Below, one piece after another: positions 22,700 through 34,131 of a DNA stretch of 64,000 bases. The notes under the pieces were generated by a model. It made no database searches and had not been told where the DNA came from. It worked only from the letters and a program-made list of their open reading frames with translations. The stretch is from contig CAWAUV010000008.1 in assembly GCA_963785305.1 (NCBI GenBank), forward strand, positions 576,001 to 640,000. The letters run 5' to 3'. Every line of letters starts with the position of its first letter. Position 1 is the stretch's first letter. A program made the position numbers and the translations under genes. The DNA is from an uncultured Planctomycetaceae bacterium. Its GTDB lineage: Bacteria; Planctomycetota; Planctomycetia; Pirellulales; PALSA-1355.

Positions 22700-23194
22700 T
22701 TAAACGGTTTTCTTGGCCTTGCGCACTCCCTTGACCACCGGCGCCTTCGGCGGAATCTGAATCGCCTCGCCGCCGGCTTGCTTGATTTTTTCCAGCGCGC
22801 TGGCGCTGAACTGATGCGCGGTGATCTTGAGCTTCTTGGTCAGCTCGCCCGAACCGAGCACCTTGAGCTCGTCGTATACGCCCTTGGCGAGGTTCTTGGC
22901 CTTGAGGCTCGCGGCGTCGACCACGTCGCCCGCGGCGAAGGAGCCTTCGAGTTGGCCGACATTGACCACCACTACCTTCAGGCCCCACTGGTTGTGGAAC
23001 CCGCGCTTGGGAATGCGGCGAATGAGCGGCGAGGCGCCGCCTTCGAAGATCGGCGGAGCCGACCAGCCCGCGAGCGCGCCCTGGCCCTTGTGACCGCGAC
23101 CCGAGGTCTTGCCGTGACCCGAGCCGCCGCCGCGACCGACGCGCTTGCGTTTCTTGTGTTTGTGGATGCCTCGGTTTACGTCGTGCAAATTCAT
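22700..23194 (-). CDS. rplO: 50S ribosomal protein L15
   Basis: [33 protein letters not shown]. Confidence 0.97.
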   Translation of the reverse strand: MNLHDVNRGIHKHKKRKRVGRGGGSGHGKTSGRGHKGQGALAGWSAPPIFEGGASPLIRRIPKRGFHNQWGLKVVVVNVGQLEGSFAAGDVVDAASLKAKNLAKGVYDELKVLGSGELTKKLKITAHQFSASALEKIKQAGGEAIQIPPKAPVVKGVRKAKKTV

Positions 23195-23682
23195 GACAAG
23201 TCGACTCCCCGCAAACGTTCGATGTCGGCCCGGGTGCGTAGTTGCCCAAGCGCGTCCAAGGTGGCTTTGACCAGATTCGTGGGATTGTTCGAGCCGAAGC
23301 TCTTGGTAAGGATATTGCGGATGCCGGCGGCTTCGCACACGGCCCGCACCGCGCTGCCGGCAATCACGCCGGTGCCCGGAGCAGCCGGCACCAGCGCCAC
23401 GCGCGCCGCGCCAAAGCGACCGACAACCTTATGCGGAATCGTGCCGCTGTCGAGATTGATCTCCTTGAGGCTGCGCGAGCCGTCTTTCACGGCCTTCTCC
23501 ACGCTAGGGGGCACTTCGTTGGCCTTGCCATAGCCCCAGCCCACCTTGCCGCGGCCATTGCCCACCACCACCATGGCGGCGAAGCTAAATCGCCGACCAC
23601 CCTTGACCACCGCCGCGCAGCGCTTGATTTTCACCAATTTGTCGAGCAGTTCGCCGCGATTGGATTCTTTTTCGTGGGCCAC
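23191..23682 (-). CDS. rpsE: 30S ribosomal protein S5
   Basis: [23 protein letters not shown]. Confidence 0.97.
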   Translation of the reverse strand: MAHEKESNRGELLDKLVKIKRCAAVVKGGRRFSFAAMVVVGNGRGKVGWGYGKANEVPPSVEKAVKDGSRSLKEINLDSGTIPHKVVGRFGAARVALVPAAPGTGVIAGSAVRAVCEAAGIRNILTKSFGSNNPTNLVKATLDALGQLRTRADIERLRGVDLS

Positions 23683-23875
23683 CGGTAACACGCTCCTCGA
23701 GGGATTGATTGTATTCGCCACATCAGCATGCGATGCGACGCACGCCGCCGACGATCGTCGCTATTCTAACAAAAACTACAGCCTTGTCACGGGCGACTCG
23801 CCGCCCGCCCGCGCCTGCTCGCCAACCGGCTGTCCGGGGACAACCATCGACAAACCGGCTTCCTGCTTGCCGAAA

Positions 23876-24244
23876 CTAAAACTTGAGCCCGGCCTCGCGG
23901 GCGGCGTCGGCCAATGCGGCCACGCGGCCATGATACTGGCAGGCGCCGCGGTCAAACGCAACCTGCTTGATGCCCGCCGCGATCAGCCGCTCGGCGATCG
24001 CCTTGCCCACGGCCTGGGCGGCGTTTTTATTGCCGCCGAACTTTAGTTCGCCGAGCAACTCGCCTTCTTGCGTGCTCGCCGCCGCCAGCGTGCGACCGGT
24101 CGAATCGTCGATCGCTTGCACATACATGTGTTTGTGACTGCGAAACACGCTCAGGCGCGGCCGGTCCGCGGCGCCGCGAATACGCTTCCGCACTCGAAAG
24201 CCGCGGCGAAGTCGTTGTTTGTAGATCGATTTATCGTGGTTCAT
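23876..24244 (-). CDS. rplR: 50S ribosomal protein L18
   Basis: [26 protein letters not shown]. Confidence 0.97.
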   Translation of the reverse strand: MNHDKSIYKQRLRRGFRVRKRIRGAADRPRLSVFRSHKHMYVQAIDDSTGRTLAAASTQEGELLGELKFGGNKNAAQAVGKAIAERLIAAGIKQVAFDRGACQYHGRVAALADAAREAGLKF

Positions 24245-24383
24245 GGCTGCTTCTGATACCAATGGCTCGCAAGCGCCCGGCTTGCGAATAGGGTTATATA
24301 TTGAATCGCGGGAGTCGTTTCGCGTTGGACGACGGCGCCGAACAATGGCGACGTCTCAGGAAACTCGCCATCGCTCCAGGAGG

Positions 24384-24929
24384 TTACTTGGCCATCGCCT
24401 TGCCGGCCTTGCGACGCACTTGCTCGCCTTCATAACGCACGCCCTTGCCTTTATAGGGCTCGGGCTTGCGCACTGCGCGGGCTTCGGCGGCGAACTGGCC
24501 CACTTTCTGCTTGTCGCTACCCTTGATCACCACATGGGTTTGATCGGGACAGGTCACGGTCACGCCCGCCGGGATCGGCAAATGAATCTCATTGGCGAAG
24601 CCGACGCGCAGCTGCAAAATATCCTTCGCCACCGCGGCCAAGTAGCCGACGCCCACGATCTCGAGCTTCTTCTCATAGCCCTTGGTGACGCCGATCACCA
24701 TGTTCTGCACCAGCGCGCGGCTCAGGCCATGCAAGGCCCGCGCTTGGCGGCTCTCGTCGGTTCGCGTGATTCGCAACTGCTTGGCGGCTTCGTCGAACTC
24801 GACCGCGATCTCCGGGCGATAGTTCATCGCCAGCTTGCCCAAGGGGCCTTCGACCGTGATCTCGCCCTTGCCGATCGCTACCTTGACGCCCGCCGGAACG
24901 GACACCGGTTGTTTTCCAACTCGCGACAT
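24384..24929 (-). CDS. rplF: 50S ribosomal protein L6
   Basis: MSRVGKQP, PEPYKGKGVRY. Confidence 0.98.
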   Translation of the reverse strand: MSRVGKQPVSVPAGVKVAIGKGEITVEGPLGKLAMNYRPEIAVEFDEAAKQLRITRTDESRQARALHGLSRALVQNMVIGVTKGYEKKLEIVGVGYLAAVAKDILQLRVGFANEIHLPIPAGVTVTCPDQTHVVIKGSDKQKVGQFAAEARAVRKPEPYKGKGVRYEGEQVRRKAGKAMAK

Positions 24930-25045
24930 GGTGTTGAACCTACTTCATTTGAGAATCGGCGCCTGGATTCCCTCGAGGAAGGCGTCGATCCGTCTGGAAA
25001 AAACATTCTTGCACGCGGCCGGCCAGGCGTGTCACGCCGGCGAGC

Positions 25046-25442
25046 CTACCACAATTCGCACAGCACCTCGCCGCCCAGGTTTTTCTGCCGGGCCTCGCGG
25101 TCGCTAATCACGCCGTGGCTGGTGCTGATGATCGAAATGCCCAGGCCGTTGAGCACCGGCCGCAGTCGCGTGGCGCCGCTATACACTCGGCGGCCCGGCT
25201 TGCTCACGCGGCGAATATGCCGAATGACGCGTTCGCCGTTGTCGCCGTATTTCAAGACGATCTTGAGTTGCGGGGCCGGTTCGCCGGGCTCTTCGGCCCA
25301 GTCCCAGATGTAGCCCTCGCGCTTGAGCACTTCGGCCAAGCCTCGCTTTACTTTGGATGCGGGCATGCTGACGCTCGGGCGCTCGACTGCGCACGGCGTT
25401 GCGGATACGGGTCAACATGTCGGCGATCGGGTCGGTCATCAT
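25046..25442 (-). CDS. rpsH: 30S ribosomal protein S8 (frameshift near 25390)
   Basis: MMTDPIADMLTRIRNA, RVSKPGRRVY, GGEVLCELW. Confidence 0.96.
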
Positions 25443-25523
25443 GTGCGCGAAATTCCCCCTCCGAGACTTCCAAGCCACCGCGAATCGCAAGGCTGCGACG
25501 CCGGCTCGAAGCAATATGTTCTG

Positions 25524-25709
25524 CTACCAACTCGCCTTCTTGACGCCAGGAATCATCCCTTGATCGGCCAACTGTCGGAAACAAATCCGACACAGACCGA
25601 ACTTGCGATACACGGCGCGGGGCCGGCCGCAAAGTCGGCAACGACGCACGAGCCGAGTGCTGAACTTCGGCTTGCGCAGCGACATCGCGATCTTGGACTT
25701 GCTTGCCAT
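25524..25709 (-). CDS. rpsZ: 30S ribosomal protein S14 type Z
   Basis: 61 aa, [21 protein letters not shown]. Confidence 0.97.
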   Translation of the reverse strand: MASKSKIAMSLRKPKFSTRLVRRCRLCGRPRAVYRKFGLCRICFRQLADQGMIPGVKKASW

Positions 25710-25860
25710 CGAGGCTCCTTCGTTTCTGCATCCCGGTCGCCTGGGCGATAGGTCCGGGTACTTCTGGGTTCTCTATACTTGGCGTGTACTTTAATGGAAA
25801 TCAATTCGCTCGCCGGTTCCCGCTCCGCGAAACGACGACGACCTCGTTTTGCGCGGCGAG

Positions 25861-26478
25861 TTATGCCTTGGCTTTCTTGCCGGTGGTTTCCTCGGTCTTG
25901 AATGGCATGCCGATCGCCCGCAGCAACTCGCGCGAGTCGTCGTTATTGTCCGACGAAATCACGATGCAAACATTCAAGCCCTGGGGCCGCAGGAACTTGT
26001 CGGGATTCAATTCCGGAAACACAAGCTGCTCGGCGAGGCCCAGGCTGTAGTTGCCCTTGCCATCGAACGCATTCGGATTCAAGCCGCGGAAATCGCGCAT
26101 GCGCGGCAAGGCGAGCGAAATCAAACGGTCGAGAAATTCATACATCCGCACACCGCGCAAGGTAACCTTGGCGCCGATCGGCATATTCTCGCGGAGCTTG
26201 AAGTTCGCAATCGCCTTGCGGCTCTTGGTGACCAACGGCTTTTGGCCGGTGATCTGCATAAGCGCCGCCACGGCGTCCTCGATATGCTTCTTTTCCGTGA
26301 CCGCGCTGCCGACGCCCATGTTGACCACGATCTTTTGGATGCGCGGAATCGCATGCGGATTGCTTCGACCAAGCTGCTTCGACAGCGCCGGACGAATCTC
26401 CCGTTGATAGCGTTCGAGCAATCGCGGCGTCGCCGGTTTTTCCGCTTCGCCCGTCTTTTCGGTTTTCTTCTTAGCCAT
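25861..26478 (-). CDS. rplE: 50S ribosomal protein L5
   Basis: KIVVNMGVG, GAKVTLRG, RDFRGL..FDGKGNY. Confidence 0.98.
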   Translation of the reverse strand: MAKKKTEKTGEAEKPATPRLLERYQREIRPALSKQLGRSNPHAIPRIQKIVVNMGVGSAVTEKKHIEDAVAALMQITGQKPLVTKSRKAIANFKLRENMPIGAKVTLRGVRMYEFLDRLISLALPRMRDFRGLNPNAFDGKGNYSLGLAEQLVFPELNPDKFLRPQGLNVCIVISSDNNDDSRELLRAIGMPFKTEETTGKKAKA

Positions 26479-26542
26479 CACCCACCCGACCTTTTGAATC
26501 GCATGCCTATTGGATCGTCGCGGCGCGAACCCACTTCAAACG

Positions 26543-26911
26543 CTACTTGGCCGTGTTTCGAAGCGACTTTGGCCGCGAGATCACGCCCAGCTCCGCGGAA
26601 CATTTCTTGCAAAATCGCTCCTTGACGCCATCGGGCCGCAGCCGCGCTCCGGTTCGCGTGGCTTTGTTGCATTTCCCGCATACCAGCAGCACATTGGAAA
26701 TCGACACCGGCATCTCCTTCGAGAGCCGGCCGCCTTGCTGATTGTTGCGAGCGCCGCGCTTCATGTGCCGAAACACGCGATTCACGCCCTCGACGACAAT
26801 CTTTTCCTTGTCGCGAAGCACCCGCAGCACACGGCCGCGAGTAGGCGAATCGGCCGAGCCGCGATCTTCGCCGGAAATAACTTCCACTGTGTCGTTTACT
26901 CGAATATGCAT
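26543..26911 (-). CDS. rplX: 50S ribosomal protein L24
   Basis: DTVEVISGEDRG, VVEGVN, EMPVSISNV. Confidence 0.96.
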   Translation of the reverse strand: MHIRVNDTVEVISGEDRGSADSPTRGRVLRVLRDKEKIVVEGVNRVFRHMKRGARNNQQGGRLSKEMPVSISNVLLVCGKCNKATRTGARLRPDGVKERFCKKCSAELGVISRPKSLRNTAK

Positions 26912-27279
26912 CACACCACCTCGCTGGCGAGGCTCACGATTTTCATGAAGTTTCGATCACGCAGCTCACGGGCCACGGCGCCGAAGATGCGCGTGCCGCG
27001 AGGATTTCGGTCATTGTCGATCAACACCACCGCATTGCGGTCGAACCGCACATAGCTGCCATCGGCCCGGCGAGTCGGCTGTCGGCAGCGCACGATCACG
27101 CCGCGGACGACGCTCTTCTTCTTCACATCGCTCCCGGCGATCACCGTTTTCACGCTGCACACGATCACATCGCCCAGGCCGGCGGTGCGGCGATGCGCTC
27201 CGCCGAGCACCTTGATGCACATGACCTCTTTCGCGCCGGTATTGTCGGCCACGTCGAGGCGAGATTGCATTTGAATCAT
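26911..27279 (-). CDS. rplN: 50S ribosomal protein L14
   Basis: [29 protein letters not shown]. Confidence 0.98.
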   Translation of the reverse strand: MIQMQSRLDVADNTGAKEVMCIKVLGGAHRRTAGLGDVIVCSVKTVIAGSDVKKKSVVRGVIVRCRQPTRRADGSYVRFDRNAVVLIDNDRNPRGTRIFGAVARELRDRNFMKIVSLASEVV

Positions 27280-27394
27280 GGTCGTTATCTCTTCGTTGAA
27301 TTCTCGCCCGACTGCCACCAGGACAACGAGCACTTTCGATTCCGCGTCGAACAGCGAGGCATCGCTCCGCGAGTCAGGCTTGACAGGTAACTCG

Positions 27395-27700
27395 TCACGC
27401 TTGACTGGCGGTGGTATCGGCCTTGGCCGCGGCCCGCATTGCCGCCAAGTCCACCAGCCGGCTCTTGCTCACGATCCGCACGAGCTCGAACCGCTTCGAG
27501 CGCGACCGCGGCCGGCACTCGACGATCTCAACCGTGTCGCCCTGATGCGACTCGTTGTTTTCGTCATGCACATGACACACGGTCTTGCGACGCAGAATTT
27601 TGCCGTATTTCGGATGCTTGACCAATCGGGCGATTTCCACCCGGCGAGTCTTCGCCGTCTTGTCGCCGGTGACGACTCCAATCGCGATGCGCTTTCCCAT
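27395..27700 (-). CDS. rpsQ: 30S ribosomal protein S17
   Basis: [27 protein letters not shown]. Confidence 0.97.
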   Translation of the reverse strand: MGKRIAIGVVTGDKTAKTRRVEIARLVKHPKYGKILRRKTVCHVHDENNESHQGDTVEIVECRPRSRSKRFELVRIVSKSRLVDLAAMRAAAKADTTASQA

Positions 27701-27765
27701 GAACAAACCTGAGGGTGACTTGGTAGCTTAAGTGCTGGAGTAAAGGTCTCGAAAAACCGGCCGAA

Positions 27766-27990
27766 TCAGGACTTCGCGGCGTCGGGCGTTCGCGCGGCTC
27801 GGCTACGTTCGCCTTGAATCGTCATCAATCGCGCGATCAAGCGGCGGTTCTTGCGAAGCTCGCTGGGCGCGTTGAGCCGTTCGGTTTCGGCATTGAGCCG
27901 TAAACGAAACAAGTTCTCGGCGGCCTCGTTGAGCGTGAGCTCGATCTGGTCGTCGCTCATTTCACGCAGTTCGGATGCTGTGTTTTTCAT
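27766..27990 (-). CDS. rpmC: 50S ribosomal protein L29
   Basis: ELREMS..LFRLR..RRLIARLMT; operon position. Confidence 0.94.
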   Translation of the reverse strand: MKNTASELREMSDDQIELTLNEAAENLFRLRLNAETERLNAPSELRKNRRLIARLMTIQGERSRAARTPDAAKS

Positions 27991-28108
27991 CGCTCCACGC
28001 CTGTTTGAATTTCTCTGATTTCAACGGTATCGATCATTGCTGTATTCATCGCCGGGCTCGCGCCACTCTCGCGGCGGAGCGCCCGTGCGGCGTCAATTGC
28101 CCGCGACG

Positions 28109-28528
28109 TCAAGAACCCGTGCGGCGACGCAAGAACCGCACTCGCACGGGCATCTTATGCGCCAATCGCGAGAAGCAGATTCTGGCCGCTTCCTCGGTAA
28201 TGCCGCCGATCTCGTAGAGCACGGTGCCCGGCTTGATCACGGCCGCCCAGTATTCCGGTTCGCCCTTGCCTTTGCCCATTCGAGTTTCCAGCGGAATCGA
28301 GGTGATCGACTTATGCGGAAATACCCGGATGTACAAGCGGCCCTCGGTTCGCAAATACTGCTGCGCGGCCACGCGGCCCGCTTCGATCGTGGCGGCGCTC
28401 AGCCAGCCGGCCTGGGTGGCCTGCAAGGCAAAATCGCCGAAGACGACGCGGTTGCCACGCGTGGCATTACCTCTTATACGCCCTCTTTGGCTTTTTCTGT
28501 GCTTGACCCTCTTGGGCATCAGCGCCAT
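28109..28528 (-). CDS. rplP: 50S ribosomal protein L16
   Basis: [16 protein letters not shown]. Confidence 0.98.
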   Translation of the reverse strand: MALMPKRVKHRKSQRGRIRGNATRGNRVVFGDFALQATQAGWLSAATIEAGRVAAQQYLRTEGRLYIRVFPHKSITSIPLETRMGKGKGEPEYWAAVIKPGTVLYEIGGITEEAARICFSRLAHKMPVRVRFLRRRTGS

Positions 28529-29165
28529 CGGTCGGCTCCTCTTGATACATGCCTTGATTGACCCATACTTTCACGCCGATGTGACCCTGGGCGGTCATCG
28601 CCTCGGTGAATCCGTAATCGATTTTCGCTCGCAAGGTCGAGAGCGGAATCGAACCGGCGTTCGACTTCTCGCAGCGCGCCATTTCCGAACCGCCCAATCG
28701 GCCGGCCAGTTGAATCTTGATTCCCTTGGCGCCCGCCTCCATCGTCGTTTCCATGGCCCGCTTCATGCAGCGGCGAAAACTTGCCCGCTTGCTCAATTGC
28801 TCGGCGATCTCCTCGGCCACGAGCTGGGCCTGAATCTCGGGCCGGGCGATCTCCTCGATCTTGATATTGATCCGGCGGCCGATCAGTTCCTGCAACTCAC
28901 CCTGGAGCCGTTCGACTTCCTGGCCCTTGCGGCCGATGATGATGCCCGGCCGCGCCGTGTGCAAAATCAACCTGACTTCGTCTCGCGTCCGCTCGATCTC
29001 GACCTTGGGAATGCCCGCGAACTTGAACTTGCTCTTGATGAAAGCGCGCAGCTTGTGGTCTTCCATCAGCAGATTGGCGTACTCCGCCTTCGACGCGTAC
29101 CACCGGCTCTTCCAGCCGATCATGATGCCGGTGCGAAAGCCGACGGGATTGACTTTTTGACCCAT
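28467..29165 (-). CDS. rpsC: 30S ribosomal protein S3
   Basis: [33 protein letters not shown]. Confidence 0.98.
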   Translation of the reverse strand: MGQKVNPVGFRTGIMIGWKSRWYASKAEYANLLMEDHKLRAFIKSKFKFAGIPKVEIERTRDEVRLILHTARPGIIIGRKGQEVERLQGELQELIGRRINIKIEEIARPEIQAQLVAEEIAEQLSKRASFRRCMKRAMETTMEAGAKGIKIQLAGRLGGSEMARCEKSNAGSIPLSTLRAKIDYGFTEAMTAQGHIGVKVWVNQGMYQEEPTDGADAQEGQAQKKPKRAYKR

Positions 29166-29269
29166 GAAATTCTCCGACGCGACTTCTAGGCGGCGCTTTT
29201 GCGCGAATGTTTACGTGTGTGTCCGCGCAACTCTTCTCTCGTGCGACGAATCGCGGTATCCAGCCCGAA

Positions 29270-29608
29270 CTACAGACTATCCAATGATTCCAGCGAAATC
29301 CGAATGTGCGACATCCGCTTCTTGATCTGAAAGGCCATGCCGCGGGCCCGCGGTCGAATCCGCTTGAACATCGGACCGCCATCGACCCGGGCATCGGTCA
29401 CGATCAGGCTGTCCATGTCGGCTCGCAAGTCCTCGGCGTTGCCCAGGGCGCTCTTGAGCACCTTCTCGATCAGTCGGGCGCCTCGCTGCGGCTGGTACTT
29501 CAAAATGTCGAGCGCTTCGTCGGCATGTTTGCCGCGAATCATATCCGCCAGCGGGCGCACCTTGCGGGCGCTGATCCGGGCGAAGCGATGCGATGCGTTG
29601 TAAGGCAT
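29270..29608 (-). CDS. rplV: 50S ribosomal protein L22
   Basis: ISARKVR..IRGK, RPRARG..IKKRMSHI. Confidence 0.97.
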   Translation of the reverse strand: MPYNASHRFARISARKVRPLADMIRGKHADEALDILKYQPQRGARLIEKVLKSALGNAEDLRADMDSLIVTDARVDGGPMFKRIRPRARGMAFQIKKRMSHIRISLESLDSL

Positions 29609-29710
29609 GACGATTATCTTTCAGTGGTCGTTGGCAGTGTCTTTCCGATGACCGCGTCGCGGCGAACTCGGCCCCGGTCGCGACTCGAGCGGACGCTTCC
29701 CGGCGCGAGA

Positions 29711-29983
29711 TTACTTCTTGCCACCCTTGCCGCCGTGGCCGCGGAAGTTGCGGGTGGGAGAAAACTCACCCAATTTATGTCCCACCATGTCCTCGGTCAC
29801 GAAGACCTTGATATGCTGCTTGCCGTTGTGAACCAAAAACGTGAAACCCACGAACTCCGGCACGATCGTGCAGGCGCGGGCCCAGGTCTTGATCGGCTCC
29901 TTCGAGCCCGAGGCAGCCTGCTTCTCAACCTTGGCGAAAACCTTGGGGTTGATGAACGGGCCTTTTTTGAGGGATCGTCCCAT
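29711..29983 (-). CDS. rpsS: 30S ribosomal protein S19
   Basis: [23 protein letters not shown]. Confidence 0.98.
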   Translation of the reverse strand: MGRSLKKGPFINPKVFAKVEKQAASGSKEPIKTWARACTIVPEFVGFTFLVHNGKQHIKVFVTEDMVGHKLGEFSPTRNFRGHGGKGGKK

Positions 29984-30026
29984 GGCGTTTATCTCTGAAG
30001 CGTGTTTCTATCTAAGGCATTTAGCT

Positions 30027-30200
30027 CTAGGGCTTTGTCACGGTTGAGATGACGGATTGGATTCGTTCCGCGTGCCATGCCCACGGCTCTGCGTGGGCAT
30101 GAGGACCGTGCGTTGCGATTGAGAACATGCCCACGCAAGCGTGGGCATGGCACACGCGAAAACCGAATTATCCATCATTTCAGCCGTAAAGGAGCTCTAA
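30027..30200. repeat. TIR-bounded REP-containing MITE-like element, copy 3 (between rplB and rpsS)
   Basis: CTAGGGCTTTGTCACGGTTGAGATGA ... TCATTTCAGCCGTAAAGGAGCTCTAA around two CATGCCCACG..CGTGGGCATG hairpins. Confidence 0.88.
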
Positions 30201-30210
30201 AGCGTTTTCT

Positions 30211-31068
30211 CTAACGAATCTTAAGTTGTCCATAACGGCGCGAACGACGCCGACGCACCAGCGCCGCATTCGACGGCTTGCGACGCTTGCGAGTGCCGCC
30301 GCCCTTGGCGCTCTTCCCGGTCGGGCTCACCGGATGTCGACCGCCCTTGGTTCGGCCTTCGCCACCACCGTGCGGATGGTCGATCGGGTTCATCGCCGTG
30401 CCGCGCACATGCGGGCGATGGCCGAGCCAGCGATTGCGACCGGCTTTGCCAATCACAATCGCATCGTGGTCGGCGTTGCCCACCGAGCCGATCGTCGCCC
30501 GGCAGGCCGCCGGCACACGGCGAATTTCACCGCTTGGCAGGTTGATCTGAGCCCAATCGGCTTCGCGGGCCGCCAAGGTGGCGCCCATGCCGGCCGAGCG
30601 ACAAAGCACCCCGCCGCGACCCGGCTGTAGTTCGATACTATGGACGGTGGCGCCGAGCGGGATATTTCGCAGCGGCAAGCAATTGCCCAACACCGGCGGC
30701 GCGTCGGGACCGCTCATCAGGCTCGCGCCCACTTCCAGGCCGGCCGGGCTCAGGATATATCGCTTCTCGCCATCCACATAATGCAGCAGCGCGATGCGGG
30801 CCGTGCGATTCGGATCGTATTCAATCGAATGCACCGAAGCCGGCACCCCGTCTTTATTGCGACGAAAGTCGATCAAGCGAAACATGCGCTTGTGACCGCC
30901 GCCACGATGCCGAGCCGTGATGCGGCCCTGGTTGTTGCGGCCACCCGCGCGGCGGCGACGCACCATGAGCGACTTCTCGGGCTCAACGCCCGGAGTCAAC
31001 TCGGCGAAGTCAGACACCGTCGCCCCGCGGCGGCCCGGCGTTGTCGGCTTGTATCGTCGAATTCCCAT
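30211..31068 (-). CDS. rplB: 50S ribosomal protein L2
   Basis: [32 protein letters not shown]. Confidence 0.98.
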   Translation of the reverse strand: MGIRRYKPTTPGRRGATVSDFAELTPGVEPEKSLMVRRRRAGGRNNQGRITARHRGGGHKRMFRLIDFRRNKDGVPASVHSIEYDPNRTARIALLHYVDGEKRYILSPAGLEVGASLMSGPDAPPVLGNCLPLRNIPLGATVHSIELQPGRGGVLCRSAGMGATLAAREADWAQINLPSGEIRRVPAACRATIGSVGNADHDAIVIGKAGRNRWLGHRPHVRGTAMNPIDHPHGGGEGRTKGGRHPVSPTGKSAKGGGTRKRRKPSNAALVRRRRSRRYGQLKIR

Positions 31069-31186
31069 GCTGCTTCGTTTCTGACTTAGTGAATGAATGT
31101 TGGTCGGTCGCCCGACGATCTGCTTTTAACCATCTCGCGGCCGGCCTTGCCGTTCGATCTCAAATGGCGGCCATGCTCATAACCGA

Positions 31187-31516
31187 CTAAAAGAAGTCGA
31201 TCCGGCTTTCCGCGTCCAACTTCACAATCGCCTTCTTCCAGTCCTTCGTGTAGCCGCTCGAAAACTTCGAACGCCGCGGCTTGCCCTTGCGATTTTGAGT
31301 CCGCACGCAAACCACGTGGACATTGAACAGCGACTCGATCGCGTGCCGCACATCGTCTTTCGTCGCCGAGCGAACCACCTCGAACGCATAAGCGTTGTAG
31401 CGGGTCGAGCGGTGCATGCCCTTTTCCGTCACCAGCGGACGCAAAATCACCTGATGCGGACGGAGCCGCGGGCCCGGCTGCGGTTCGGCGGCGGCTGCGG
31501 GTTGGGTATCGGCCAT
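31187..31516 (-). CDS. rplW: 50S ribosomal protein L23
   Basis: ILRPLVTEK, WKKAIVKL. Confidence 0.96.
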   Translation of the reverse strand: MADTQPAAAAEPQPGPRLRPHQVILRPLVTEKGMHRSTRYNAYAFEVVRSATKDDVRHAIESLFNVHVVCVRTQNRKGKPRRSKFSSGYTKDWKKAIVKLDAESRIDFF

Positions 31517-31608
31517 CGCAAACTTTCGTTTTTTGGTTAGTTCGCTCGATCTTGAACGAGCGATTCTGGTCACAATTCGCGTTCATCGTCGGGAGCAATC
31601 GGCCCCGA

Positions 31609-32252
31609 TCAGGCGGGCTCGGCCTTCTTCTTGTGCTTGGCCCGCACCGCGTCCAAGGCCGACTTCGTAATCAGCACTCGCTCGGGCATCAACAGACTAA
31701 ACGCATTGAGCTCCGCCACCGGCGACACCGACACGCGGTCGATGTTGCGAGCGCTCTTGAACACATTCACATCGAGCGCCGCGGTCGTCACCAGCAGGCT
31801 CTTGCCTTCGAGGCCCAGGGCCTTGAGGATCGCGGCCATGTCCTTCGTTTTCGGGACGCCGAACGCCAGATCGTCGATCAGCGTGACCTGCGAATCGCGA
31901 AGCTTCGCGGCGAAGGCCATGCGAGTGGCCGCTTGCAGCGCCTTGCGCGGTAGGCGATAGGTCCAATCGCGCGGCGCTTGGCGAAGATATGGCCGCCACC
32001 GACGCGAATACCACTGCGCCGCGAACCGGCGCGGGCATTGCCCGTACCCTTCTGGCGATACATCTTCTTGGTCGAGGCCGCTACTTCGGCGCACGACTTG
32101 GTCTTGGCCGTGCCCAATCGCAGATTGGACTGATACATGATCACGGCGTCGTGCAGAAGCTGCTTGTTGACGACGGTCGCGAACTCGGCGGGATCGATTT
32201 CATACGCCCCCACCTTGCTCCCGGTTTTGTCGAACACATCCAAACTAGCCAT
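31609..32252 (-). CDS. rplD: 50S ribosomal protein L4 (frameshift near 31980)
   Basis: YRQKGTGNARAGS, GGGHIF, PKTK, KSARNI. Confidence 0.96.
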
Positions 32253-32325
32253 CGCCCCGCTCTTTCTTCTGACTATGAAAACCGCGAACCAAATCCCAAA
32301 CACCCCGCGACGAACCGGGCCACTA

Positions 32326-33057
32326 CTACTTCTTTTTCTTCGAGGCCCGAATCGTGGCCTTGCCAATTCGCTTGAGCATGTTCGTGGCTTGGATAATGAC
32401 ATAGCCGCCATTGGCGCCCGGAACCGCGCCACGCACCAAGAGCAGATTGTTCTCGGCGTCGACCTTCACGAGCTTGATGTTGCGGACCGTGCTGCGGGCA
32501 TTGCCATGGCGGCCGGCCATGAGACGGCCCTTGGGCACGTGGCCCGGAAATTGCGACTGACCGATCGAGCCGCAGTGGCGATGCACTTTTTTCACGCCGT
32601 GGGTGGCGCGCTGGCCGGCCATGTTGTGACGCACCATGACACCGGCGGTGCCGCGACCCTTGCTGGTGCCCACCACGTCGACCCGGACGACGCCGGCCAG
32701 GGAATTGACATCGAGCTTCTGCCCGACGGAGAGGCCTTCGATCGAACCACGAAATTCGCGGACAAACCGCTGCGGTTCGCAATCGGCCTTGGCCAGCGGC
32801 TCGACGCCCGCCTTGGCCCGCGCCCGAGAACGGCGACTTTCGAGCTTCGCCACATGACCACGTTCGCTGCGGCCGGCCAGACGGCGCGGCTTATCAAGAA
32901 AGCCCAACTGGGCGGCCTCGTAGCCATCTCGCTCCAAGGTGCGCAGCTGAAGCACATGGCAGGGGCCGGCTTGAATCACGGTGACGGGAACAACAGCGCC
33001 GTTCTCGTCGAATATCTGCGTCATCCCGACCTTGCGGCCGAGTAGCCCGATTGCCAT
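32326..33057 (-). CDS. rplC: 50S ribosomal protein L3
   Basis: GRKVGMTQIF, PVTVI, GTSKGRG, GAVPG. Confidence 0.98.
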   Translation of the reverse strand: MAIGLLGRKVGMTQIFDENGAVVPVTVIQAGPCHVLQLRTLERDGYEAAQLGFLDKPRRLAGRSERGHVAKLESRRSRARAKAGVEPLAKADCEPQRFVREFRGSIEGLSVGQKLDVNSLAGVVRVDVVGTSKGRGTAGVMVRHNMAGQRATHGVKKVHRHCGSIGQSQFPGHVPKGRLMAGRHGNARSTVRNIKLVKVDAENNLLLVRGAVPGANGGYVIIQATNMLKRIGKATIRASKKKK

Positions 33058-33318
33058 CACAGCGTTCCTTCGTGGTCAGTTGCCCCGCGGGAGCCTGCGA
33101 AACGCCGCTGGCTTTTGGCCCGGCGCTCGACAGCTTACCCGCACGGCTTCCGCTACATATAAGTTGTCCGATTTTTGCGAACGAACAAGATTCGCCGCCA
33201 ACGGCAGCCCAAGGCGCCTTGGATAAACGACGCCAGCAGCCACCCACGCTTTCGCCGACTCGACGGGCAAGGCCGCCAGCCGGCAATCAAAGGCCGAGAG
33301 CCCAAAGCTGCCCAAAAC

Positions 33319-33648
33319 TCAATGGCGGCTCGAAGCCTTGATCTTGATATCCACGCCGGCCGGAAGATTGAGCTTATTGAGAGCTTCGATCGTCTTGGCC
33401 GTCGCCTGCACGATGTCGATCAGCCGCTTGTGCGTTCGAATCTCGAACTGCTGGCGCGCTTTCTTGTCGACATGTGGACTCGAGAGCACCGTGTAACGCT
33501 CGATTCGCGTCGGCAACGGAATCGGGCCATGCACTTCCGAGTTGGTGCGCTTGGCCGTGTCGACGATTTCCGCCGCGCTCTGGTCGAGCACCGAATGGTC
33601 GTATGCTTCCATTCGGATGCGGATGATCTCTTGCGTGTGCCCCGCCAC
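33319..33648 (-). CDS. rpsJ: 30S ribosomal protein S10
   Basis: [30 protein letters not shown]. Confidence 0.98.
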   Translation of the reverse strand: MAGHTQEIIRIRMEAYDHSVLDQSAAEIVDTAKRTNSEVHGPIPLPTRIERYTVLSSPHVDKKARQQFEIRTHKRLIDIVQATAKTIEALNKLNLPAGVDIKIKASSRH

Positions 33649-33759
33649 AATCTGAACTCCTGCCGCCTCGAAACAAACTCAGGAAGCCACCAAAAATTGG
33701 CGGCGACCTGCCCGAGAACCAAGCCGCGCGTCGCCGCAGGGCCTCAGGGGAAGCCACGC

Positions 33760-33788
33760 ATGATAGAGTTCGTCGCCAAAGCTGTCAA
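33760..33788 (-). promoter_or_regulatory. Sigma-70 promoter of the S10 operon
   Basis: TTGACA-N17-TATCAT on the minus strand, ~110 bp upstream of rpsJ. Confidence 0.8.
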
Positions 33789-34131
33789 CAGCCCGCCTGG
33801 CGAGTTTTTATAATCTCTCCGCCGTGCAATCGCTCCGTGATCGCCGCCCGGAAGCGAGAATCAGCCTCGGCTGGCGTCGCAAATGCCCCATCTTCTCTAG
33901 ACATAACGTCGAGGCCCCAAAAAATGTGTCGCCCAGGCGCCAAAAAAACCGGTTGTCGGATTCCGAGGGAATCGAACGCCGGACCGGTAATCTCGTTGAA
34001 AAAAACATTGCGTGACCGACTTTGCTCTTGAACCGATCCGCTCGCTGAGCGATACGAAACCCAGCAAACTCCAACCGCGCTCGGAATCGAATCGGCTTGA
34101 CAGCGCTCCGTCGGGCCTCGCGAACACGCTC

